DNA of 64,000 bases from the human T2T-CHM13v2.0 reference genome, Homo sapiens, in assembly GCA_009914755.4 (NCBI GenBank), contig CP086569.2, positions 22,944,001 to 23,008,000 on the forward strand, written 5' to 3'. A program made the position numbers and the translations under genes. Position 1 is the first letter of the stretch, and every line of letters begins with the position of its first letter. The notes under the pieces are model-generated. The model was not told where the DNA came from, ran no database searches, and worked only from the letters and a program-made list of their open reading frames with translations. Positions 51,056 to 63,468 of this stretch are shown here, one piece after another.

Positions 51056-53214
51056 TCATGTATTGATTAATTATTCTTATAGTTGTTTGTATTCATTGTG
51101 AGACACAATGCTTCATTTTTCTTCCTTATTCTTCACCATTTATTTTCTTCTCAGATTAGTTATAGTTTGTAACTTACTTTGTCAAATATATGCAATAAGG
51201 TAACACTGCAGTATTGTAGAAAGCACACTGCATTGGAAGCAGACTCATTAAAATGGGAAAACCTCTCTTATTACCTGCAGCTGGGCGATCAGTGAGGACA
51301 GGTTGCGGGGCTCTGACCCTAGGCAGCATCTAGGGGTGAATGCATACAGCTCCTGAATCCCTAGCGGGCATGTGTTGCACGGTGTTAATTTAGTTCATCC
51401 ATCTGTAGACTACTAGTGTTAGTTCAATTAGACATCCAGCCTTACTGCAAAGACAGAGGGCTTTCTGGATCCTGGGATTACCTGCCTTGGTGTACCTGAA
51501 GAATTGGCTCCCATGTGGGTTTGGAGAATAAGTGCAAGTTTTCATTGATTGGAAGTGTTCAGAAAATCGATGGGGAGCCAGAATGGAGATGGAATGGGAA
51601 GGTGGTTTTCTCTCGGAATGGGGCAGCTCAGTGCTCTCCTCCCACAGCCCCATGAAACTTCGTGTTCTTCTGCAGTGGATGGCCTGCAGCCTCAGTCCTT
51701 GTGCTCTCCTTTCTCTGGTGTCCTCTCCAGGTCCAGATGTTGTGTCTTCTTCTGGTGATCATTCCTCTAAAAGTCCAGCTGCTGTGTATCTCCCTGCTAG
51801 CGTCTCAGGATTTCTTATAGAACAGGATGGGAGTATGGCAGGCGAGGGTGGTCTTGGAAAATGCAACACTTGTGCAAAAAAACCCAGAAACACATGTCCT
51901 CACCAATTTAGGCAAGAAAACAGAGGTGCGTGTCTTCAACTAAGTCAGTGAGCACAGGCCTGATGGTGGAGCCCTAGCCAAGAACCACAGCCTTCTCTAC
52001 CAGGCACTTCTCTGCCCCTCTTCCATATCAATATTTTTTAAATTTAAAACTCCAAAATAGTACCCAAATCCTTTACAGATGACAACTGGAGAAAATGGCA
52101 TTTGAAGAGCCAGTCTGGGATTAGGGTCACTATATGGAAAATGAAAACAGAGAGAGCATGTCCTGTAGGCATGGAATCACTGCAGAAACATATCCCTTAT
52201 TGAGAAAGAGAAGGAAACAAACTGACTTCTCATATCTTCTTGTTCTCTAATCTCTGCAGTGTCACCCCTTGACTGAACTGAAACAAGAAGTAATTTTTAT
52301 AGGAGCCTAGGAACCATGCCTTCCTGGGGCCAGGCCTCTCTCTATTACAGAACAGTGCCAGGGAGAAGGGAGTGATATAGCTGTGGGCATGCAAACCCAG
52401 GGCCTCCCACAAAGGAGTATTAGAGACAAATACAGTGTCAGGAGATAAAGAGAGAATTACTCTCAGGAATGATTCATTCATGATATTCGTGAAAAGACCA
52501 AAAAGTAAAACAGCTTGTGAGGTAGTAAACATAAAAAGATCATAAACAAAAGCAGGCAAAATTGTAAAGTCCAGGGTATTTACCTTCCCTTTATAGGATT
52601 TTAATGATCCCTTCCAGAAGCCTTTTCCCAATATCTTCCATTCATGGATTCATTCAAGAAATATTTATTGAGCTAGAATGCTCTAAGCATTCGGCAGATG
52701 GCATCATATGCACTGTTGGTACTTCTATCATTGATAGAAAGAATGTTTCTTTTTTCTCTACAACGTTTTCTCGCAAACATTCTTCTCGAAAATTTGTATC
52801 CTTACAGATGCGATCAATTGTTCCTTCCCTAAGGTTCTCCACACCCCTGTTAACGCAGTTAAGAACTTCCTTCCTCTGCAACTAAGTTACTAAATTGTAT
52901 ATATTGTAACACTTGCCAGAGTACATTCCAATTATGGCTGTTTTCTTCATTCTCCAATTAAACTATGAATATTTTGAAGGAAAAGTCTATAAACACAATG
53001 GCTTGACATTTGTCAACATTTATTGCACAAAAGGTTATTAGATATTTATATATAACATTATAATACATTCATCCTAATTTCTGGAAAACAATATAAACAA
53101 TCACTCTCCACTCCCCCATTGACTGCTCAACTTTAAACAATGTCTCTACTTTTAGAGCAATTATACAAACTTCCAAAAAACACCTGAAAGTGTTTTTATT
53201 TTAATTTATTTTGT

Positions 53215-53475
53215 TTTTTATATTGAATTATTTTGTAGAGACAAAGTCTTGCCTCATGGCCCAGGCTGAAATGCAGTGTGTGATAACAGCAAACTACAAC
53301 TGTGAACTCCTAAGTGGAACAACAGATGTGTGCCATCATGCCCAATTTAACTAATTAAATATTTAGTTACATTTTAAAAATGGTTCTTGCTGTGTTGCCT
53401 ATGCTGCTGTCAAACTCTGGGTTTGAAGCAGTCCTCCCTTCTAAGCCTCCCAGAGAGCTGCAATTCCAGGCATGA
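53215..53475 (-). mobile_element. Old, diverged Alu-like (AluJ/FLAM-type) SINE with internal insertion
   Basis: 'gagacaaagtcttgcctcatggcccaggctgaaatgcagtg...' and '...cagtcctcccttctaagcctcccagagagctgcaattccaggc' match the reverse-complement Alu consensus. Confidence 0.5.
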
Positions 53476-56400
53476 ACAACCAGACCTCAAAGAGGAAATT
53501 TTAGATTTTAGAATATTGCAATATATTAGACTTAATTTCTTCTTTCAGTTTTGCATTTGCAGTGGCACTTGAGAATAATTATTACTTATGGTGAGAGTGT
53601 GATTTCTCATATTTGGTCACCAGATTTTGAAATCTTTATTCTGTTTGCTTAAATCCTAATAACTGGTAGTCAACTCAGCTGAAAGTCAAGTACATGGGTG
53701 ACTTGTTTTGAGGCTATGGAGACAAATGTACAGATGTATTAAGAACCAAAGACTATTTTTTATATAGGCTAAAGCTTTATCCTTGCTGGTGAAGCATCAT
53801 ACGTGGCATGGATAGTTTTATAAAATACCCTGAAATACATACTTTAGTAAGCAATTTAGCACTCACAATTTCCCAACTTTGTTTTCATCTGAAGTTAATG
53901 ATGTATGGCACTTCTAGTAAGTAAATGAATGTTTGAATTGCTGTGAGTTATTTTAGTCATTTCTCAGTTAACCATTTAAGTTATCAAAGATCTTTACTTG
54001 TGCAATATCATAAATGATAGACATTAAAAATGAATCAACAGAATTGATCTAACTAAAAGCTGTCATCTAATGTGATATTTTTTCAGTAAGATGACAGCAG
54101 TAATTATGCCAAAAAAAATAGTCATTCCCCTAGCTTGAGCCATTATAGCAACTTCTAACCAAAGATTTCACAGGCAGGGTCCAGATCTGGGCAACAGTTA
54201 TTAACATAATGGTTATTGTTGAGAATAAATTTTGATACGTCTAGCTGTGCTTGGATGTCAGTGCCTTGAAGGGACAGGTTTGGCATATTAATAAGAAAGG
54301 GTGCATTGGACTGAATACTAAGAAATGAATTGTTTTTCTTATCTTCTATAACATGAAAGGTCAATTTGAGATATAGAAACACTGGAACATTTCACAGCAT
54401 GGCCTGACATTTCACTGCACTTTTATTTTTTTAACCATGTACAAAGTTGATTAAATACACAAAGGTAGGACTGCTATAGGATGAAAGTGGTGGAGTCAGA
54501 GGTCACAATCCAAAGCAAGGTGATAGTCTCTTGAGGATGACACCCTGATTGCTGAATTAGGGTGAGAATCAACTTTCAGCTGTTAACAGGGGACAAGGAG
54601 AATGAAGTTATCAACAGTTAACATTATTGGATTAATTGAAATGAATGTTGGCAGAGATTTTGCTGGCTTTACATCAAATTGAGTATAGTACTTCAAACTG
54701 AGTATTTGATGAGGGTAAACACTTAATCAAGTTTTCCACATGTAAAATTGAGAATTAATTAAAAGATTATACAACCCACACGTTATGGGTATCTCATATA
54801 AATTTATATACACATGTGCAAACTTGCAGTGTGCATATATTTGTCTATATCTAAATATATCCAAATCCATTGATGAACAGTTAGAAATTTAGAAATTATT
54901 CTCCCATTTTATCATTCCCTTTCCTAGAATTTTGTCACAAATATAATTTTTCCATCTGTTTGAAGCCTACTCTCTGGAGGCATGTAATGTATGGACACAG
55001 TAAAGCCCTGAGGTATCACAGGGTTTTTATCAGAGAAAATAATAACACTGGTGTTATAAAAGATCCATTGTGAGGAGAAAGATATATTTCACATGATTAC
55101 AAATACAGAAGTATTATTTCATCAAAAGCTGGTATCAGTGAATACAATTTGTTTTTAATGTTTTATTTAAAATATTTAATCTCAAAAGAATTTGTTGAGT
55201 AGAATAATGATATTGGTAAGAAATAATGATTCAGAATTTCCTTTAATTTGTTGACTTTTAAAATTAAGTGAAATACTAAAAAGTACTATTTAATGTAGTT
55301 TCATGAAGCATTCTCTATGGTTTTATAAAATTAATAGTCTCAATGGAATTTTTTGACACAGAAATGTCCTTATATAATTTTATGATTTATTATTGTACTT
55401 TCACTTTATTACTTGCTTGCATGTCACAACTGATAGAAATAAAAATATTTTCATTTACACATATACAAAACATGGATGTTTGTTTATGTTTTCTAGTGAA
55501 AGAAAGTCACCAATAATTGTATCTATGTAGGAAAATTTTGACAAGCCCAAAGTTCTTAACTTTCTTTTCTTTTGAAGTTTCATATTTCAGTCTAGGTATG
55601 AGATCAAATTGACTATGATTATTTTTTGATTTTACTATGACTACTGAGTTTCTGATATAGTGTTTTATATATGTGTGTGTACATATATATATATATATTC
55701 ATATAGCGATATATATAGTGACACTCCCCTTAACCCAGGTGGACTCCTCATCCTCACTACATGGTATGGCCCGAAGTGTTACTCCTGGGGCCCCAGCCAC
55801 TGTTTCAAGGTCCAGAGACTGACCAGCAGACCCCTGAGTCCTTGTCCTCCTGTCCAAGTAATAGCCATAGAAATAGTAAAAGAGTGGCATATTAGACTTC
55901 ATAATATTTTTAAGGCTGATCTCTTTATAAGCATTTCATGCAGATATTTATGACATTATCTCATTTGTTTTATAGATTTGTAGCTCTAATTTCAAAATCA
56001 ATTTTTGCTTGAGAGTTATTTCAACATATAACCAAATGTTTGGAGCTATTACATAAAGGTTTCAAGGTTAAAAGTCTGTATCAGCTATTACGTTGGGTAA
56101 AACCCATCCAGCACTTAAAAAAATAAGTAATTATTAGGCATGGCCACAGTAGTGGTCTAAAATACACTTTGAAATTCTTCACAAACCAATTTGAAATTAT
56201 TCCTGATGTAACTGAACACAGTACTTGCTTCTAATTAATAGAAAACAGTGAAAGCATTTTCTGGATACTGGGCCACCTCTGGCCTAGGTTAGACAAGGTG
56301 ATACAGCTCTGCCTAAGTCTCCTGCTCTCATGGGGACAAACCCCTTGGAAGCCATGGACCAGGACATTATGAAGTCTAACACCCTGATAACACTATGCAG

Positions 56401-57167
56401 TAGGGACATCCCATGGAGAGATGCATAGAAATAGAAGGAGATGCCCAAGAATCTCAGCAGTCCAGCCCCACAATTTGAGTTATGCTAGCTATGGCACCAG
56501 GGAGATGAGAAGACACCTGACAATGTCCCCATCCTGAGCCGTCACTAGATTGTAAACTCCTGAGTGCCCCTGAACCACATTCATTTGGCTGAGAGACTGA
56601 GGGCGATTGCAGAGACTGACAGTTAGTAAATTATAATTATGGTTTTAAGCCACTAAGTTTTAGATAATTCTGAAAAGCACTTTAGACTCCTAGAAAAACT
56701 GTGTTGTCTACTGACTTCATTGCAGAGAGCTGTAAAGGCCAACATCATGAATGCTAATACCCTGGAAAAGTCAAATCATCGAGACTCTTCTAAGCACAAC
56801 AGATCTTTAATGTCCCTTCGCTATGGCTGGAGAATAATCTAACATGTATCTGATAGAGTTGTTGGAAAGCCTCTGTTCACATCTCTCAGCCTGGTATGGG
56901 TCAACTCTGGTCTGCTTTAATTCTAGGCAACTGCAGCAGCTCACCTTTCATTTAGGTCGTGGCCTACACTGATTTTTTTTGATCACTGACTGTGTCTTTG
57001 TCTGTGTGTGTATGTTTTGTGTGTTACCATATTTTATCTGAGGAGGCTAAATAGTAGTACTATAATTGTTTTGTAAACATAAAACATTCCAGGAAGTCAA
57101 TATTGCTTATCAATCGAGCTTTAAAACAGATACGAAATTAGACATGACAAGATGCCACGTCTAGTAT

Positions 57168-57364
<197 letters not shown>

Positions 57365-57391
57365 TCACGGGAGAGAGAAATGCATACAACT

Positions 57392-57690
57392 GGGTGGGCA
57401 CTGTGGCTCATGCCTGGATCCCAGCATTTTGAGAGGCTGATGTGGGTGGATCACTAAAGGAAAGGAATTCAAGACCAGCCTGAGCAAATATTGTGAAACC
57501 TGGTCTCTACTGAAAATACAAAATATTTGCCAGGATTGGTGTCACATGATTGCAGTCGCAGCTGCTTAGGAGGGTGTGACTGGACAATTGCTTGAACCCG
57601 TGATAAGGAGGGAGCAGTGAGCTGAGATCACGCCACTGCACTCCAGCCTAGGTGACAGGGCAGGATTCTTTCTTAAAAAAAAAAAAAATC
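57392..57690 (+). mobile_element. Full-length Alu with poly-A tail
   Basis: 'gggtgggcactgtggctcatgcctggatcccagcattttgagaggctgatgtgggtggatcact...' through to '...ctccagcctaggtgacagggcaggattctttcttaaaaaaaaaaaaa'. Confidence 0.9.
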
Positions 57691-57775
57691 AGTGAGAGAA
57701 AAAGATACAGAGACAAAAAGAAAGAAAGACAGGAAGGAAGAAAGGAAGGGAGGGAAGGAGGAAGGGAATGAAAAT
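57690..57775 (+). repeat. Purine-rich simple repeat (GAAA/GGAA-like) following Alu tail
   Basis: 'gagacaaaaagaaagaaagacaggaaggaagaaaggaagggagggaaggaggaagggaatg'. Confidence 0.7.
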
Positions 57776-58059
57776 TTGTACCTAACAGTTGTAGATACTT
57801 TTGGCATACATGTGATATTTTGATACAAGTAATGTGAACTGGTAAGCGAGGGATCAAAGAGGGGATGGGGGTGGGTTAAATTATACTTGCTTAGAAGGAA
57901 TAATATCTAGTGTTCAGTGGCACAGGATGACTACACTTAATAATGATTTATTGTACATCTCAAAATAATTAATAGAGCGAAGGTGGAATGTCGCTGATAC
58001 CAAGAAAAGATACGCCAGACTCAGTGAGGTGGAATGTCGCTCATAATGAGAAAAGATAT

Positions 58060-58370
58060 GCCAGACTCAGTGGCTCACGGCTATAATCACAACACTTTGG
58101 GAAGCCAGGGAAGGAGGATTATTTCGGTCTGGGAGTTTGAGACCAGCCTGAACAATATATCCAAAGCATTGTCCCTACCACACACACACAAACACAAAAG
58201 CTGGGCACGGTGGTTGGTGTGTGTCTGTAATTCCAGCTACTTGGGAGGCTGAAATGGAAGGCTTGCACATTTCAAGCCCGTGTTCAAAGCTGCAGTGAGC
58301 TATGATGGTGCCACTGCAGTCTAGGCTGGACAACAGTGTGAGACCTTGTCTCTAAAAAAGAAAAAAGAAT
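58060..58370 (+). mobile_element. Full-length Alu
   Basis: 'gccagactcagtggctcacggctataatcacaacactttgggaagcc...gtgccactgcagtctaggctggacaacagtgtgagaccttgtctctaaaaaag'. Confidence 0.9.
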
Positions 58371-58436
58371 CGGTAAGTGCTTGAACTGAAGGATACCCTA
58401 TTTATTATGTATATATTTGTTCATTGATATAATTAT

Positions 58437-58725
58437 TTTTGTGTTGGAGTCGCACTCTGTCACCCAGGCTAGAGTGCATGGTGCAATATCGGCTCACCGC
58501 AGCATCAGGCTCCCAGGTTCAAACCACTGTCCTGCCTGAGCCTCCCAATTAACTGCAACGTACTACAGGCAGGCACCACCATGCCCGGCTAATTTTTGTA
58601 TTTTTGGTAGAGATGGGGTTTCATGGTGTTGGCCAGCCTGGTCTTCAACTCCTGTCCTAAAGTGCTCTGCAAGCCTCGGCCTCCCCAAGTGTTAGAATTA
58701 GAGACCTGAGCCGTCACACATGGAC
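58437..58725 (-). mobile_element. Full-length Alu (minus orientation)
   Basis: 'ttttgtgttggagtcgcactctgtcacccaggctagagtgcatggtgc...ggctaatttttgtatttttggtagagatggggtttcatggtgttggccagcctggtc'. Confidence 0.9.
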
Positions 58726-59184
58726 AGTAAGATACACAAGACTCGGGAGATTTATCTTTTCACTTCATCCTCACAATGCTACAGGTGAATGAAAACACTC
58801 CATAACATGAATAACTCACTTGAAAATCAAAGTTGGTAACTTCTCCCTTTAAAATTATTTGTACCCTTACCCTGTAAAAATTGATGATTGTGTCAAAATT
58901 TTTCAAGAAAATACTTCCTCCTTGCAGATTAGTCTGTCAATTGTAAGAATTATGGACTGCAAAACTTCTGGAACTTGATGTATTTCATTTCTTTAGTTTG
59001 TATAATCAGGAAAATTAATTCATTTAGTTATTTCGGTCTAAATATTTGTATCATTCAGTGATGTCTTAAAACTTTAAGCAATCCCGTCGGAAACTTTATG
59101 CTGTTGTTTATGTTTTATACACTTCACTTTCCCCTAAGTATGAGGTTTAAAGCGTTTCCATTCATATTATCAATTAAATACGAT

Positions 59185-59470
59185 AGGCTGACAGTGGTGG
59201 CACATGCCTATAATCTTAGCACTTCGGGAGTCTGAGGAGGGTGGATCAGGATTTTAAGAACAGCCTGGCAAACAAGGTGAAACGCTGTCTGCACTAAAAA
59301 TACAAAAATTGGCCCCGCTGTGCGGCACACATATCTAATACCAGTTACTCAGGATGCTGAGGCAGGAGAATAGCTTGGATCCAGAAGGCAGCGGTTGCCA
59401 TAAGCCAAGACAGAGCCACTGCACCCCAGCCTCGGCGACAAAGCTGTACACTTCATCTCAAAAAAAACTG
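59185..59470 (+). mobile_element. Full-length Alu
   Basis: 'ggctgacagtggtggcacatgcctataatcttagcacttcgggagtctgaggagggtggatcagg...ccactgcaccccagcctcggcgacaaagctgtacacttcatctcaaaaaaaa'. Confidence 0.9.
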
Positions 59471-60061
59471 ATACTATCCCAACCACTCTAGATTATTCCT
59501 ATCTGTAAGAACATATTACTAAACCATTACTTACAACATCCACTGTCAAAATATTCAAGAAAAAATTAACGTGGGAACCTCACAAGACAAAACACTTACT
59601 TTCCACTATTTAAACTACGAACATTTAAATTCATTATGCTACGCGCCTGAGAAACTTAGCTGGTTCACTTCTGATTTAGGTGAAAAAAAAAAGTTTTCAT
59701 TACCGTTATCCTCTTCAGTCACAGAATGCTTCACATAGAATGTTCCGGATGTCTTAAACTTTAGTATCAATACATCTAATGATTTCCTTTGACCTGTACT
59801 ATTCCTCTAAAAAATAAACGTTTTATGGTGAGGCAGACGGTTTTGTAGTCTTTCTGAAGACTTCTCCAACATTTTAACCTTGTTAGTTTTTAAAGAGAAA
59901 CAGCCTAATTAGAAAACTTGAGCAGCTTGCAAGGGCGACATAACACATCCCTAATTTTGTACCTATGTTCAAACAAACAAAGGAAAATGTACAACAGACT
60001 ACACAATTTACTCTCCTATTGAATTTGCTTTAAGCATGCGCGGCTAACAATAACACCAGGC

Positions 60062-60342
60062 ATCTTGCAGTACATGTAAAATTTTATTGTGAAAATTTTA
60101 AGGTAGATATTACATCTAAACACTTTTCAAATAGCATCAACAAGTATGAAATTACTTTGAAAACAATTCCTTTTCCTTTGAATACCTCAAAAAATTCATG
60201 GAGGAAGTTAGTATCTACCTCTCTCCACAAAACCAACATGTTTCTTTCAGTAATATGCAGGTAACAATGCAGAAATAACATTTCAATTTTTGATTTGCAA
60301 ACAAGGATTGGTATGCAATAACTATTATTTTCAATGCTTGCT
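60062..60342 (-). other. RBMY1: RBMY1 3' UTR (from stop codon to predicted cleavage site ~20 nt past AATAAA)
   Basis: On the minus strand this is the sequence after the TAA at 60343-60345, running to the AATAAA at 60083-60088. Confidence 0.6.
60083..60088 (-). promoter_or_regulatory. RBMY1: Polyadenylation signal AATAAA (minus strand) for RBMY1-family transcript
   Basis: The plus strand reads 'tttatt' within 'aaattttattgtgaaaa', about 255 nt downstream of the stop codon. Confidence 0.6.
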
Positions 60343-60641
60343 TTAATATCTGCTCGAGTCTCCTTTTTCAGATCGACTCTCCCCACCATCTACTATAGAT
60401 GCCACATAACTTGAGCTACCATATGCTTCACGAGGATCAGGGAGCACCCTACCCAGAGAAGGCGGATTCCTTTGGTCTTTTCTGCAAACATGCTCACGAT
60501 CACAATAATGAAAATCACCACAGCTCGAGTAACTCTCCCAACTTCTGCCATATCTATCTCGTGTATTACTATATGCGTGGCAGGTGCTTCCACCATAAGA
60601 CATCCGAGGCCCTCTTGCAGGTGGTGCACCATGAGAGGTCC
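60343..60641 (-). CDS. RBMY1: RBMY1-family last coding exon (exon 12): [99 protein letters not shown]
   Basis: The minus-strand ORF 60343..60699 is intact. The acceptor 'ccaaccctgcag|ggacctctcat' places the exon start at 60641. The translation matches the RBMY1 (RNA-binding motif protein, Y-linked) C-terminus as I recall it. The stop is TAA at 60343-60345. Confidence 0.9.
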
Positions 60642-61052
60642 CTGCAGGGTTGGTAAAATAATATGTGGGACTACATTTAAACATTTTTACTGCTATCATT
60701 AAAGCATGAATTAGTTAAAGTACTATTTGGAAATATCTGCTTTCCTCCGCCTTTGTTGACAGGATATTAATCAAGTCTTTAATAGTCAGAAGGTTTTATT
60801 TAAGAGAAGTGTAAGAGTAGTATTTTGCAGCTTAACAAACTTAATTCTAAAGTAAATGCTCAGTCACATTTTCTTAACGTTAACTGAAGTTCTCACCTTC
60901 ATATCATTCCCTAGGCTTTATACTGTTAAGAATACTCAATATTTAAACATGTTGCATATGACCTTTACAATTTTCCTTAGAATTTCATTAAAATAACAAT
61001 CTGGTCTATTAAATAAAATTCTGTAATTTACAAATCCATCCTGGACCCTTAC

Positions 61053-61141
61053 CGTATCTCTGAAGTGCATCTCTATAAGAACTTCCACTTAGATGTTCAG
61101 AATGATCTCTACCAAGGGCCTCACCGTAGCCATCATGATAA
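61053..61141 (-). CDS. RBMY1: RBMY1-family exon 11: (S)[29 protein letters not shown](G)
   Basis: The reverse complement reads 'ttag|ttatcatgatggctacggtgaggcccttggtagagatcattctgaacatctaagtggaagttcttatagagatgcacttcagagatacg|gtaag'. Both splice sites are canonical. The phase is continuous with exons 10 and 12. Confidence 0.88.
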
Positions 61142-61227
61142 CTAAATTGAAAAAAAAAAAGTCTTTTCAATTTCAGAATGAACAATTTAAGAAATCCATT
61201 TGATAAATCCAGATAACATGTTAGTAC

Positions 61228-61338
61228 CTATATCCTCTAGAGGAATGTTCATCCCAACTAGAATGACCATAATCACGGTATGCATAGTCTCTATGTGGTG
61301 GAGCATAATCCCTGGTTTCTCGGGAACTTGGATGATTT
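61228..61338 (-). CDS. RBMY1: RBMY1 SRGY box 4 (exon 10): [36 protein letters not shown]
   Basis: 111-nt exon read as 'cacgcag|aaatcatccaagttcccgagaaaccagggattatgctccaccacatagagactatgcataccgtgattatggtcattctagttgggatgaacattcctctagaggatatag|gtactaa'. Confidence 0.9.
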
Positions 61339-61717
61339 CTGCGTGCACGAGTTGAAGCAAGGAATTTTAAATTGTCACCTTCTAGTATCCAAAACATAAC
61401 TACATTACAACTTAAACACAATTAAATTGCCAAACATCTAAATAAAATGCCCACAGAGCCCAAATGCCCAAAATGCCCAAATGCCCAAAAAGCACATGAA
61501 ACAGATACTCATAATCAGTGATTCAGGAAATGCATTTCAAATAAAAAAGGAGCTTCCACACTTCACACACACACACACTGGAAGGGCAAAAAACTTACAA
61601 AAGCAGGAAATAACAAGTGTTTGAGAGGATGTAGATAAATTGCAGCCCTGATACAATGTTAGTTGGAATGAACAATTTAAGAAATCTATTTGATAAATCC
61701 AGAAAAAGTTACAGTAT

Positions 61718-61828
61718 CTATATCCTCTAGAGGAATGTTCATCCTGCCTAGAATGACCATAGTCTCAGTATGCCTAGCCTCTAGATGGTGGAGCATAATC
61801 CCTAGTTTCTCGGGAACTTGGATGATTT
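61718..61828 (-). pseudogene. RBMY1: Degenerate SRGY pseudo-exon (fifth cassette copy): in-frame TAG (…APPSRG*), acceptor CAG->CAC, donor GT->AT
   Basis: This 111-bp block has the same spacing as the SRGY exons. The reverse complement reads 'cacacac|aaatcatccaagttcccgagaaactagggattatgctccaccatctagaggctaggcatac...gaggatatag|atactgt'. Both splice dinucleotides are destroyed and there is a premature stop. Confidence 0.8.
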
Positions 61829-62261
61829 GTGTGTGCATAAGTTTAAGCAACAAATTTTAAATTTTCATCTTCTAGTATCGAATACATGACTAACTTACAA
61901 CTTTAAATTAAAAGGCCAAACATCTAAATAGGTATTTCTCCAAATAAAATAGGCAAATGCCCAAAAAGGACAAGTGACAGATACTCATATTCAGTGATTC
62001 AGAAAATGCATTTCTTTTTGTTTTATTATACTTTAAGTTCTAGCATACATGTGCATGATGAGTTAATGGGTGCAGAAAATGCATTTCAAATCCAAAATGA
62101 GATATCATATTTCACACACACAGATGAATGGCAATAGATTTTCAAAAGCAGGAAATAACAAGTGTTTGAGAGGATGTAGATAAATTGGAGCCCTGATACA
62201 ATGTTAGTTGGAATGAACAATTTAAGAAATCTATTTGACAAATCCAGAAAAATTACAGTAC

Positions 62262-62372
62262 CTATATCCTCTAGAATAACTTTCATGTCGACGAGAATGA
62301 CCATAATCACGGTATCCATGGCCTCTAGATGGTGGAGCATACTCCCTAGTTTCTCGGGAACTTCGATGATTT
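62262..62372 (-). CDS. RBMY1: RBMY1 SRGY box 3 (exon 9): [36 protein letters not shown]
   Basis: 'catacag|aaatcatcgaagttcccgagaaactagggagtatgctccaccatctagaggccatggataccgtgattatggtcattctcgtcgacatgaaagttattctagaggatatag|gtactg'. Confidence 0.88.
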
Positions 62373-62806
62373 CTGTATGCATAAGTTTAAGCAACAAATT
62401 TTAAATTTTCAACTTGTAGTATCCGATATATGACTAACTTACAACTTAAACAAAATTAAAAGGCCAAACATCTAAATAGATATTTCTCCAAATAAAATGG
62501 GCAAACGCCCAAAAAGCACATGGGACAGATACTCATATTCAGTGATTCAGAAAATGCATTTCTTTTTTTTATTATACTTTAAGTTCTAGGGTCCATGTGC
62601 ATGATGAGTTAATGGGTGCAGAAAATGCATTTCAAATCCAAAATGGGATATCATATTTCACACACAGATGAATGGCAATAAATTTTCAAAAGCAGGAAAT
62701 AACAAGTGTTGGAGAGGATGTAGATAAATTGGAGCCCTGATACAATGTTAGTTGGAATGAACAATTTAAGAAATCTATTTGACAAATCCACAAAAAGTTA
62801 CAGTAC

Positions 62807-62917
62807 CTGTATCCTCTAGAATAACTTTCATCCCGACGAGAATGACCATAATCACGGTATGCATGGCCTCTAGATGGTGGAGCATAATCCCTAGTTTCTC
62901 GGGAACTTCGATGATTT
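62807..62917 (-). CDS. RBMY1: RBMY1 SRGY box 2 (exon 8): [36 protein letters not shown]
   Basis: 111-nt exon with a canonical acceptor ('catacag|aaatcatcg') and donor ('tacag|gtactg'). The translation matches RBMY1 box 2. Confidence 0.88.
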
Positions 62918-63357
62918 CTGTATGCATAAGTTTAAGCAACAAATTTTAAATTTTCAACTTCTAGTATCCGATATATGACTAACTTACAACTTAAACAAAA
63001 TTAAAAGGCCAAACATCTCAATGGATATTTCTCCAAATAAAATGGGCAAATGCCCAAGATGCACATGGGACAGATACTCATATTCAGTGATTCAGAAGAC
63101 GCATTTCTTTTTTTTTTATTATACTTTAAGTTCTAGGGTCCATGTGCATGATGAGTTAATGGGTGCAGAAAATGCATTTCAAATCCAAAATGAGATATCA
63201 TATTTCATACGCACACACTGGAAGGGCAATAAATTTTCAAAAGCAGGAAATAACAAGTGTTTGAGAGGATGTAGATAAATTGGAGCCCTGACAGAACGTT
63301 AGTTGGAATGAGCAATTTAAGAAATCTATTTCACAAATCCAGAAAAAGTTACAGTAC

Positions 63358-63468
63358 CTATATCCTCTAGAGGAATGTTCATCCCGATTAGAATGACCAT
63401 TATCACGGTATGCATAGCCTCTAGATGGTGGAGCATAATCCCTCGTTTCTTGGCAACTTGGATGATTT
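63358..63468 (-). CDS. RBMY1: RBMY1 SRGY box 1 (exon 7): [36 protein letters not shown]
   Basis: 'cacacag|aaatcatccaagttgccaagaaacgagggattatgctccaccatctagaggctatgcataccgtgataatggtcattctaatcgggatgaacattcctctagaggatatag|gtactgt'. Confidence 0.88.

Noticed and set aside
51532-51951. 139-aa + strand ORF in the spacer
   Set aside because: It is an isolated ORF in low-complexity unique sequence. I see no splice context, no recognisable motif and no repeat-independent support. It is most likely spurious.
52600-52640. Possible LTR/MER fragment ('cattcatggattcattcaagaaatatttattgagc')
   Set aside because: The motif is typical of several old LTR/MER families. The match is too short and generic to assign a family or boundaries.
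56280-56700. Possible interspersed repeat ending 'ggttttaagccactaagttttagataattc'
   Set aside because: The motif is reminiscent of an old LTR or DNA-transposon family. I cannot classify it confidently from memory, so I left it unannotated.
60393-60702. ORFs 60393-60632(-), 60399-60656(+), 60472-60702(+) overlapping RBMY1 exon 12
   Set aside because: These are alternative-frame or antisense readings of the exon 12 region. The true frame is the 60343-60641 minus-strand exon.
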